This document shows, piece after piece, positions 38,856 to 51,158 of a stretch of DNA of 64,000 nt. The DNA is taken from positions 56,854,001 to 56,918,000 of the forward strand of contig OX597823.1 of NCBI GenBank assembly GCA_951406725.2, read 5' to 3'. The number at the start of each line of letters is the position of its first letter. Position 1 is the stretch's first letter. The stretch comes from Octopus vulgaris. Its lineage: Eukaryota. The notes beneath the pieces are model-generated. The model saw only the letters and a program-made list of their open reading frames with translations. It made no database searches and was not told the DNA's origin. The position numbers were made by a program, and so were the translations under genes.

Positions 38856-38914
<59 letters not shown>

Positions 38915-38915
<1 letters not shown>

Positions 38916-39285
38916 GAGGCGCAATAGCCCAGTGGTTAAGGCAGTGGACTCGCGGTTGTAGGATCGCGGTTTCGATTCCTTGATCAGGGCGTTGTGAGTG
39001 TTTATTGAGCGAAAATGCCTAAAGCTCCACGAGGCTCGGGCAGGGATATCATGCCGAACCCTGCTGTACTCTTTCACCACAACTTTCTCTCACTCTTTCT
39101 TCCTGTTTCTATTGTACCTGTATTTCAAAGGTCCAGCCATGTAACACTCTGTGACGCTGAATCTTTTCGAGGACTACGTTAAGGGTACACGTGTCTGTGG
39201 AGTGCTGAACTACTTACACGTTAATTTCACAAGTGGGCTGTTCGGATCAGCAGGAACCCTCGTCTTCGTAACCGACGGAGTGCTA
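38915..39285 (+). mobile_element. SINE family B, full length
   Basis: A box TAGCCCAGTGG, B box GGTTTCGATTCC, tail CGTAACCGACGGAGTGC. Confidence 0.85.
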
Positions 39286-39353
<68 letters not shown>

Positions 39354-39538
39354 CATATATGTATGTGTCTGTGTTATATGTGTATGTATATATGCGCAGA
39401 TAGACGTCAAGATTAATCAGCCGAAATTGCTAGGATGATCCGGTTCTTGACTGAAGATTGAAGGCTTCGAATGTCCCGTCCGTGTTTTTGGTATCGTCTT
39501 CTAAATGTTTTACGTTCTTGTCCCAGTTTGTATTTTTC

Positions 39539-39574
<36 letters not shown>

Positions 39575-41407
39575 CTGCAAACCCTCATTTATAGCCATGT
39601 GCACACACAAATATTCAAAATATGGAAGCAACAACAAATGAATGTTTTAAAAATATTCGATGAACCGTAAAAATATGAACTCTATTAACTCTATTTTCTT
39701 TGTTTTACAAGCTATAACTTTGGGATTAGTTTTATTATAGTTGTTCTAATAAATTTTTATATTGATATGTATTTTTTTTTACACATAAACACATTAATAT
39801 GTTAAAATGTAAATAGAATTTTCACAACAGATAATTAATATTTTTATATATATACAGTTTTCGTATTAGTAACTATCAGCAGATTAAATTATAAGTTATA
39901 TTCAAACATGTAGATATGTAAATAAGTACATTTTTCTGCCATATTGTTAAATACGATAATGTAAAAATAATTGTCTTCTTTTCGTTAGACATTGTTTATA
40001 TGTTTACATTAGAAATTGTTAATATGTCAGTAAATGCAATTAGTTTATAGTAGGCAATCTATATATCTGTTGACTTAAATCTCTTCTCTCAAGCATTATT
40101 AGCAGCTTTTGCTAAAAGAAGAAGGAGTCAAATATCGGAGAGCATTTGCAGGCAAAAATGTGAATTGTTTTTGTTGATTAAAAAGTCTTCCTTGATTTAG
40201 CAGATCTATGATCAAAAATATTCCAGCTGTGACCACTTCTTTATTACATTATTATATATTTACAACTCCTTTATCCTGCTTGTTCATCGTTCTTTTTCTT
40301 TTTTTTTACAGAGAGTAGGGTGTAATCTGAGGAAATTTTTTGCTGCTTTATCTATCAGCTCCGTCGAGCGGGAACACAGATGCTCTTTTGTTACAACAAT
40401 TTGCGAGTAGTCATAATTGTTTGTCTTTTATGTAGTATAAACCTAGATATGTCTCCTCTTCAGCATCAGAGACAGGAAAGAGAAATACTACGAATTGACG
40501 AGAGAGGAAGAGAGAGAGAGAGAGAAATCTTATATTTCCGTGATCGTACTATAACTGGTTGTGCTTTCGGTGGCTTGCCTGTAAATAAAATCCGGAATTG
40601 ATCGGCAAAGCAGTGCTGTTTATAATTGCAAATCAGTTGAGTTCAAATATGCTTAGAGTTCGCCTCTATTCCGCTATGTTATTATTTACGGGTGGGCCTG
40701 CGATAGTACAATCAGTCACAATACACAGATGGGAATAAAACAAGGGAGTTCTGTCTCTCTTATTTATTCGTAGCATTTCTCTTTCGATTACTGATGCTGA
40801 AGAGGAGTTAATCACACAGAAATTCATGTACCCACCAGCATGGTTAGAGTGTGCTTCGAACTGACTTGTGTTTACACCTATTTCTCTACAGCAATAAATT
40901 TTCTCTATCGCCTAATACAGGGTTCGAATTTTTGAACTGATATATACAAACAACATATACAAACAAATTTGTATATGTTGCTTTCACCAGGATATACCCA
41001 AAGCATATACATACAAGTGTATGTAGTTAATAATAATTATATTAGAGCTGCTTTAATTCATAATTAAATTTTCATTTAGGTATGTAATTTCCGGGCATAC
41101 CAGCTCATGGTTTTATAAGCTATGAACATATAAGTCGTGGACTCGACAGATGACTTACCTTTAACCCAGGCGGATACGAGGTTTGACAAGCCACAAAAAT
41201 GGCGAAACACCCAGTGTCCATCATGCCCCAATGATATTGAGGGTGAGTTACCTCACTTATCCATCACTCTGAGGTGTTATTTTACACCCAGCGGTTTGAG
41301 AATATATATACTCCACCACGCTATTGCAGCCACGGGAACATTTATAAAGCAGATACATTAATTATATGTAGTTAATAATACTTATTATACTAGATCAGCT
41401 TTTATTT

Positions 41408-41638
<231 letters not shown>

Positions 41639-42102
41639 TAGTGGTACAACAAAGTGAGGAGTAAAAGATTTAAAACTTCGGTCATTAACCTCAGTGTCAT
41701 TTCTCTCTAAAGAACAAGTGTCTGAAAATCAACACGCTGCTAAATTAATCTGGTTTTTGTCCACTAATATTTACGAATAAAATTTTGTTGTTTCAGACTA
41801 CAAGGATTTCTCAGGGATTCCTGATATTACAGTAAATAATATCACAAGTTGATGCAAAGAAACGTTAATCTCCTTTTCTTTACTTTAATGTGGCTGACTC
41901 CATTTTGCAAACCATTCGATGTATAATATAAATTCGTTTATCAAGAGCAGAAGTGAATACTGTTGTAGATACACGCAGGGCTCTTCTTTTACTTTCTGTT
42001 GACGTGTTTGTTTTCCTTAATATAAGCTCGTATCGAGGAGAGAGGTGAAATCTGATTTGAGTAGAGCCTTTCCTTGAAGGATGACAAGAATAATGCCTGA
42101 TT

Positions 42103-42659
42103 AAGGCGGCGAGCGAAATGCTTAGCGGTATTTTGCCTGCCGTTACGTTCTGAGTTCAAATTCCGCCGAGGTCGACTTTGACTTTCATCCTTTCGGGGTC
42201 GATAAATTAAATACCAGTTACGCACTGGGGTCGATGTAATCGACTTAATACTTATGTCTGTCCTTGTTTGTCCCCTCTGTGTTTAGCCCCTTGTGGGTAA
42301 TAAAGAAGTAGGTATTTTGCCTGCCGTTACGTTCTGAGTTCAAATTCCGCCGTGGTCGACTTTGACTTTCATCCTTTCGGGGTCGATTAAATAAGTACCA
42401 GTTACTGGGGTCGATATAATCGACTTAATCCGTTTGTCTGTCCTTGTCTGTCCTGTCTGTGTTTAGCCCCTTGCTGGTAGTAAAGAAATAGGTATTTCGT
42501 TTGTCTTTACGTTCTGAGTTCAAATTCTATCGAGGTCGACTTTGCCTTTCTTCCTCTCGAGGTCGATAAATTACGTACCAGTTGCATACTGGAATTGATC
42601 TAATCGACTGACTCCCTCCCCCCAAATTTCGGGCCTTGTGCCTAGAGTAGAAAAGAATA
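42103..42659 (+). mobile_element. SINE family A with three tandem body units
   Basis: Units start at 42127, 42311 and 42491. Confidence 0.9.
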
Positions 42660-44096
42660 ATATACCTGATTGTCATTTTAATTGTAGCAGAGAGCTAACG
42701 TAACAAATCTTATATAATATTAATAGCTGACAACTGAACGTACCTATAGGGTAGCTGTTCTCCAAGTGAAGGCGAAGTGTTAATGTAAGAGCCAAATCTT
42801 TAGAAAACTTTACCCTACTATCTAAGAAAAAGAGATTGGATAATGTAGTCCAGAATACATTATTTCTGGAAAAATACGGGATAACCATGGCCAGATTGTG
42901 ATTTTACATTATTCTCCTATATCAAGGCTTTGTGGGACAAAAGAAGAGAAATTACAATAACAAAAACAAGGTGCAATATGTACTCCGTTACTTTTTGTCT
43001 ATTACTGTGTACTGTCAAAGGTTTCCTTGCATCATATGCACAAAATCCCCGTTAGATTTAAATAAGAAGCTACTATCAGATGCAATTAAACGTTAGCAGT
43101 TTGAATAATTCATAGATGATGTAAGAGAGTCAAGCCCACATCCGTTCAAGAATACCGCGAACGGCAGGAGTACAATATTTAATGGCCGCTGGTTTGGCAG
43201 AGGTGATCGCGAATTTCGCTCTACAATCATGAGATTTGAGATTCTCTACCACTCTTGAGCAGGTACCGTATTTTCCGTCATACAAAAGGAATTTTGGTAT
43301 CAAAATTTACAACAAGCAACAAGAAAAAGGAGACACACAGAAAAAAGAAACCGCCGGCCGGCTTATACATCAAGACGACTCTTGAAGGCCAATAATTCTA
43401 TGTGAACTACAACAGGATTGAGAAAGCAAGTGAAGATATTTGAATGTTTGCATTTAACACTATATAGCTACGTCAACTTGTATGCCAGAATATACTGTAC
43501 CTTTAACCATTGCTTAGGGTACACTGAAGCCTGTGCGTAAAATTGAGTAGATGCATAGGAGTCATCATACAAAAGCCCAACCTTGTCACATACTGTAGAG
43601 CGCTGACACAACTCGAGGATTATGTTAAGAGTACAAATGTCAGCAGGGTGCTCAGGCCAAAAGTACAGTTATTAGATATTTCAGTCAATCAATTAATCAT
43701 CGTCGCATGAGACGGAGTACATTTTATCATTTTCTTAGCCAAATAGTCTAGAGAGTAAATAACCAATGCATAGAGATCTGTAAATTGGAAAAAGCTAAAC
43801 AACATCTGTCTTTCTGTGAGACAATATATTTTCAGAACATCGTGAAACACGAAGAGTCAATTGTTATCTATTATATATGTATTAATCTTATAAATCCAAT
43901 TATATTTTACATGTATTAATCTTAACAGGCAAGTTTACTGCCCCTGAGACATCTTTGAAAACTTGCGAACAACCACTCATCACTTGCTATAGAGAGACAT
44001 ACAACGCATTAATTTATTTGATTCCCTCCCACACTCTTTCACACACGTGGGCACATGCACACATACAAATATATACGCGGGCTCACTCACACACAT

Positions 44097-44130
<34 letters not shown>

Positions 44131-44303
44131 GCGCGCATGCGAACACACACACACACGTGCACATGCACACACACGCACACACGTGTATACACGCATATTT
44201 ATTTCTACCATTACGCCACAATTTGACATCAGAAAACTATCAGAGTTAAATCTCTACATGTGAGAGAATCTGTAGGAATAGACGGAGAAAGACAAGCACA
44301 CAC

Positions 44304-44334
<31 letters not shown>

Positions 44335-44395
44335 ATCACACACACACACACATGATCATACGCACATCATACAGAGAAAAATCTATCTATCTATG

Positions 44396-44514
<119 letters not shown>

Positions 44515-44843
44515 GTGAATGGATTTCCGTCTCTTCCGTCGATGAGGATTCAGTTGGTCGATGAAAGAACCACCCTGTGCATTGAATTAACAGTTAAGTG
44601 GCTGAGTATTTCTCAGCCGGGTGATTTTCAGACACAATTAGTTTGAGACTGTGTTAGAAATCCGTACTTTTAAATTACAGATACAATCCATCCAATGGTT
44701 TATATATACAGCCTTCGTCCACTGAGTTCTGTACGTAAGATACAGTTCGATTCAAGGTTAAGGAAATAGACGTTTGTACAAGGTGCCACGCAATAGGATT
44801 GAAACCGGCACCATGTGGATGCGGGTGAACTCCGTACATGAAC

Positions 44844-44898
<55 letters not shown>

Positions 44899-44942
44899 TA
44901 TACACATACGCACATACATATAATATGCTATTATTCCATCAT

Positions 44943-45243
44943 CGGTTCCAGCTTGAGGTTGTGGCCATGCTGGGGCATCGCTATTAGCTCCAATGCTTGT
45001 TTGTTTAAAACTCTTTCTTCGGTCCTGTCTCTGGAACCGATCCTGGTGAAAGAGTGAACTAGATAGAGCCGCTCTCCTTTGCCGCAATGTGCATCTTTAT
45101 GGCAAATCAGATAGAAATTGGTCGAAAAATCTTCGAAAGCACCCACATTTACACTTCATGGATCTCTGAAGGCTTTGAACAAGATATTGTAAAATTATGG
45201 GGCTGTGATCCCTAAGATGTTACAACATTGGGTTCTTACTGCG
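44943..45243 (-). mobile_element. Decayed CR1/L2-group LINE 3' end
   Basis: Minus strand VRTQCCNILG...FYNIL...VNVGAF and tail CCCAGCATGGCCACAACCTCAAGCTGGAAC, homologous to the 51158 element. Confidence 0.6.
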
Positions 45244-45290
45244 AGAGAAGAATGCGGGATATTTAGTATATATATATATATATATATATG

Positions 45291-45841
45291 AAAGCAAAGT
45301 TGTAAGGTACCGCACGAGTGGAAATATATATGAAAGAAGGTTAGAAAAACATTGTCAAAAGCAAAATGTAAAGCTCTGTATAAACCTTGTTGTGTTAAGT
45401 ACTGGTTATTACAAAAGTATTAAAATGCAGTTATACATTCTTTGATAATAATAAGAACATGTTAAAAACAGTTTACAAGAAAGTATTCAACAAAAAATAT
45501 TAAGAGTTCAATAAAAATCATGTTTGTTTGGTAGTATATATATATATATATATACACAGAAGGAGATGTATTTCAGAATTTACGAAAAATTGGAATTTAA
45601 GAATTTACGAAAAATACTTTTTGTTGAATATTTTCTTAAATACATTCTTGTAAACTGTTTTAAACATTTTCTTATTATTATCAAAGAACGTATATATGTA
45701 TGTTGATACTTTTGTGACAACCAGTAATTAACACAACAAAGCTTATAAAAACGGTCAAGTCAACAAACATCTTTAAAATTGCATTTTCAAACCTTTTTTC
45801 ATATATATTTCCACATATGCTGTACCTTACAACTTCACTTT
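45291..45841. mobile_element. Foldback element with ~210-bp diverged arms, flanked by (TA)n
   Basis: 45291-45500 is an imperfect reverse complement of 45614-45841. Confidence 0.8.
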
Positions 45842-45842
45842 G

Positions 45843-45905
<63 letters not shown>

Positions 45906-45908
<3 letters not shown>

Positions 45909-46283
45909 ATATAAACGGCAGTTTGTCTGTGCGTGTTTCTGTGTGTCTGTTTGCTTGTACCCTCACCCTGACCACGGCTTTCAACCGATTCTGATGAAAC
46001 TTGACACACACATAGCCCAATGTCATAATTCAAAACTAACACAGCGAAAAGTTTGAAAAGTTCCCCCAGTTCTTAAAAAAATCGATAAATTCGACATGGG
46101 GTCGAGAATCCGAAACACGAACCACAAACTGTCTAGGGGATTCAACTCCACCTTTTTTAAATCTCAAAAAAAATTTACCATCATTTTTTTCCATTTTTAA
46201 AAAAATTTTTGGCTATAACTCTCTAAAAATGCTTTATAGTTATTTCCCTTACAAACCTGAGCAACGCCGGGCGATACTGCTAG
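45906..46283 (+). mobile_element. Non-autonomous Helitron
   Basis: Near-identical to 15636-16019; TC start, hairpin, CTAG|T end. Confidence 0.85.
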
Positions 46284-46441
46284 TATGTATATAAATATAA
46301 AGTATATGATTTAAGTTATAAAGCGGAGTTCAACAAATTCACTCAGATTTTCCATAAATGAAGGAGATTAGATGTTAATATGGGATAAAATGTTTTTTCA
46401 ATTTCTTATATATACACACACACATATATATATACACACAC

Positions 46442-46525
<84 letters not shown>

Positions 46526-46746
46526 TATTTATTTATATATATACATATATAAAATTAATATGAAGAGTAGTTTGCAATGTTTCGTCAAAAAGGAAAATTA
46601 CAAATGTCACCAAGTAAGACTAGGGAGTTAGAAAACACTTATATTGCTAGAAATAAGAGCATTAGATCGTTTTACTTCTTATTTCTAGCAATGTTGGTGT
46701 TTTCTAACACCTTAATTGCGCGCGCGCACACACACACATATATATC

Positions 46747-47220
46747 GAGGTCGCATGGCCTAGTAGTTCGGGCAGTTTACCTGACGCGTGGTACACCGTA
46801 AACCTGATGGAGGGAGTAAGCTAATTTACGGCACATACATCTGATCACTATAAACAAATTATTTGTGCAGGTCGTTTGGCAAAAGCTGAACACTTATAGC
46901 TGGTCTTCGACGATATCGTCCATCATCGTGAGGTTGTGAGCTCGAATCCCGGACCGGGTTGCGTGTTGTGTTCTTCAGCAAGACACTTTATTTCACGTTG
47001 CTCCAGTTCACTCAGCTGTAGAAACGAGTTGCGACGTCACAGGTGCCAAGCTGTATCGACCCTTGCCTTTCCCTTGGATATCACTGGGAGCGTGGAGAGG
47101 GGAGGCCGGTATGCATGGGCGACTGCTGGTCTTCCATAAACAACCTTGCCCGGACTTGTGCCTGGGAGGGTAACTTTCTAGGTGCAATGCCATGGTCAGT
47201 GTCGTGACCGAAAGGGGTCT
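46747..47220 (+). mobile_element. SINE family C, full length, with a ~140-nt insert between the A and B boxes
   Basis: A box TGGCCTAGTAG (46756), B box GAGCTCGAATCC (46938), CORE-like middle, tail matching 5924-6117. Confidence 0.8.
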
Positions 47221-47222
47221 CA

Positions 47223-47258
<36 letters not shown>

Positions 47259-48940
47259 ATAGAGAGATACTAATGCATATGCATATATATTGAGGGAGAA
47301 GAAAATGGGGATAAGGAGAGTAATTAAGAGGTAAGTAAACTGCGAATATAATGACAAGCTAAATCCATGGTTCGTCGTATTAGAATATATGTTTAGATTC
47401 ATAAATATTTAAATTCTTGCTTGCAGCTTAGAAAACTATCTTATCCCATACGAAACTGCTTAATAAATCATTGCAATGAAGATGGACAATTTCCTGCAAG
47501 TAGAAGATATGTAGATGGAGGTGGAAGTACTGAAAAACAACATCATAGATTCTAGGGAAACTTTATTGAGGAAAGAAAAGAAAAATGTTGACAGACAATT
47601 GATGTAGGCTGTTTTTTGGCGAGTAAAGAAAAGAAAAATTAATTTGTTGGGAAGACGAGTTTGGAAAATAAGACCCAGAGATAAGAGATTGTTTATTTGA
47701 AGTGAAAGTTATGGAAATCAGTGAAGGCGCTATGTTACTGTTCAAAAGAAAAAAACATATTTGTTACATAACTGATTATATGTTTGGTAAGTGTGAAGAT
47801 TTGAAAGTAAAATAAGTCGGGTTAAGATATTAGATGAGAAAAGAGTTAAATAGTAACTAAAGGGGTATGAATGTGTGAGTATTACAAGAGTAAGGATGAT
47901 TAAAAGAAGAAAGTTCAGAAGTAACCGGAGACAAAAGTGTTTTCAGAATTTTTTAGGTTTTGTAAACAAATTAAGAAGTTACTAAATGAATAAGCATGAA
48001 AGCGAAAATAGTATCTAATAATGTTTACAGTTAATGACTCGCAGATGCAAAAAGGTTTATATAAGAAGTCCCACCAAGAGATTAACGCCGAATACGCAGG
48101 TAGATACTAACATTTTGTTCTCTAAATATTAAAAGAATATATAAGAGTATAGTAACTGAATGAATTAAAAAATGATAAAAACTCCTTCAATGCACTGTTA
48201 AAATGACTCGAGAGTAAATTTACAATATTTTAAAGTAAGTGATAATAAGGAAGAGCTAAAAGAGACGTGAGATAGTGAAGATATTAGGTTAGGTGCTTAA
48301 ATATATAGATATGTAGTGATAAAAATGTTTGAGGATATAAAATTAAATAAATATAAGATAATAAAGTTAAATAGGATAAAATTAGAAAGGTTGCTTATTA
48401 AATTAAAGAATAGAAAGACAATAAATAAGACAAAAAAGTGAAATGAAATAAAACAAATATAAACTAAATAACAATTGAATACAGAATATATATATAGTTT
48501 GTCAAAAGTAACAATAAAAAATCTCTTTGCAAGTTAATACTGTAAGAGAGAAGAGAAGGTTAAAATAATTAATAAGTTTATGAAAATCGGATAGATTTAA
48601 TATAGAGTTAATTGATATTATGCAAATTGGTAGATGGGTACGTGGGAGAAGGCATAACTTAAGGAGTTCACTGATAAACAAAGATGGTATACATATACGG
48701 TAAAATCATTGCAAAAGTATTTATGATAAAAGAAACAGGGTGTTAGTGTGAGTTGCTATATCTTGTGAAACAGGAATCATAGTGGCACTGGAAGTTCAAC
48801 AAGTCTAAATTTATGTACATAAAACGTGAGATGTGTCCAGTTAAATGTAAAGTTAAGGTTACATGAAAAGGAATATTATCGAAATATTTGTAACTCTATA
48901 TTTGTAGTAAGAATATTTTTCAGTGTTTTTATTAAGAGTT

Positions 48941-49227
48941 GGGTGAAAGTGTAGCTGTATGGTAAGAAACTTGCTTCCCAACCACATGGTTTCATGTTCT
49001 AAACCTCTGCGCGGCACCTTGGGCAAATGTCTTCTGCTATAGCCTGGAGTGTTTACGTCCCTGTAACACAGCAGTTCAGCAAGAGATTGATCGACAGAAT
49101 AAGTACCAGGCTAAAAGAAAAGGAAAAAGAAAAAAGAGACTGGCCTCAATTCATTTGAGAAAAATTCTTCAAGGCGATACCCCAGCATGGCCGCAGTCTA
49201 ATGACTGAAACAAGTAAAAGATAAAAG

Positions 49228-49228
<1 letters not shown>
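48941..49228 (+). mobile_element. SINE family D, internally deleted
   Basis: Head and tail match 16043-16418. Confidence 0.8.
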
Positions 49229-49273
<45 letters not shown>

Positions 49274-49373
49274 AATATGTTTATATAATATATATATATA
49301 TATATATACATATATACATATATATATATATATGTATGTATGTTTGTACTTGTATATGTATATTTAAAGATGC

Positions 49374-49420
<47 letters not shown>

Positions 49421-49487
49421 TAGATATAGATATATATATGTATATATATGTATGAAAATATATACACACATACATATATGTATATAT

Positions 49488-49519
<32 letters not shown>

Positions 49520-49911
49520 TGTATGTATGTATGTATTATCTATCTATCTATCTACACACACATTATCTGACGACAATCTTTTGTGCTTATTACAATCATT
49601 ACTGAGGAAATATAAAACATTTAAGTATGAAGTTGAAATGTGAAGCGATATTTGTTATATATTTTTCTATTCTTTGTATTAAACTTTATTTCATTTTACA
49701 CCTTTGAATTTATTGATTTGTCTTATTCCCACTTACTGCACCTTCGTTAAAGCAAAATAAAAGTATGAAAAGATTAATAGACCTATAAATCAGATTTTGG
49801 TTTCTTCGCACGCATTAATACTGATATAGTAGTTAGTCATATCTGTTTGGATATCAGTAATATATGTATGTACAATTATTCTCTTATATACATGCTTAAA
49901 CGCCACACGCA

Positions 49912-50007
<96 letters not shown>

Positions 50008-50527
50008 AACCGAGTCTATCATGAATATTGGCGCGCCTCCTTCCTTGAATCGGGAAAGAAGAGCCATTTTTTCGTACTTGTGGCTATGGCGAAAGAATGT
50101 GTATGGTGGACGCGTCTGAAAGGTCTAGAGATAAACACTTTCCTCTCTGGTCAATCTCTCATCAACTTCTTCAAGTATCACTTGAAGAGGAAGGTGTGAG
50201 TAGAGAGGGAAGCTTTGTCTAGTGAATGATTAAAAAAAGATGGGTGAGAGCCACTAACTGTAATGTGTTTTTTTTGCATGATATTATTGCCCAAGGTTCC
50301 CGTGGTCTTTTCCGTAGGATTTTCTTTCCACGGTTAAACCTAATCTGTTTTCCCTTTTACAATGACATTTTTGTGATACACGATCCCTATTGATCGGCTC
50401 CCTTTCTTTTTCACGATGCCTTTTCATCGGAATTCGACCCACATTTTTCTTCGCTTTTTCTTCCCAAAATGAAAAGCTCTACTTTGTATTTTGTTACTTC
50501 TATGTTCAGCCCTGTGTGGCCAATAAA
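50008..50527 (+). mobile_element. Tx1-like LINE 3' fragment inserted in (CTAT)n
   Basis: Encodes LVAMAKECVWWTRLKG...LINFFKYHLKRKV (resembles the Tx1/L1 ORF2 C-terminus); T-rich 3'UTR ending AATAAA; (CTAT)n on both sides. Confidence 0.6.
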
Positions 50528-50531
50528 TCTT

Positions 50532-50662
<131 letters not shown>

Positions 50663-50664
50663 GC

Positions 50665-50762
<98 letters not shown>

Positions 50763-50941
50763 GTTTGTCCGTCTACCTGTCTGTCTAGCTGTTTGTCTAT
50801 CTATTAGGATGTGAGAGATCGTTATAGCAATAGGTACCACATACAAGCTCAAAGAACTCAACAGAATACTGGACAAAATGTTATTGTAGATTGACATGTA
50901 TACTTATGTATATGTTTCTCTGTGTGATGTGCATATGAGCG

Positions 50942-50980
<39 letters not shown>

Positions 50981-51080
50981 CATTTAATGTACACTGTATA
51001 AAGATAAGAACTACTGATAGTTTCTTGCTACGAAGACTTGTGGATAGACAGGTTTTTATAACGTGCCTTGTGACACAAGA

Positions 51081-51157
<77 letters not shown>

Positions 51158-51158
<1 letters not shown>

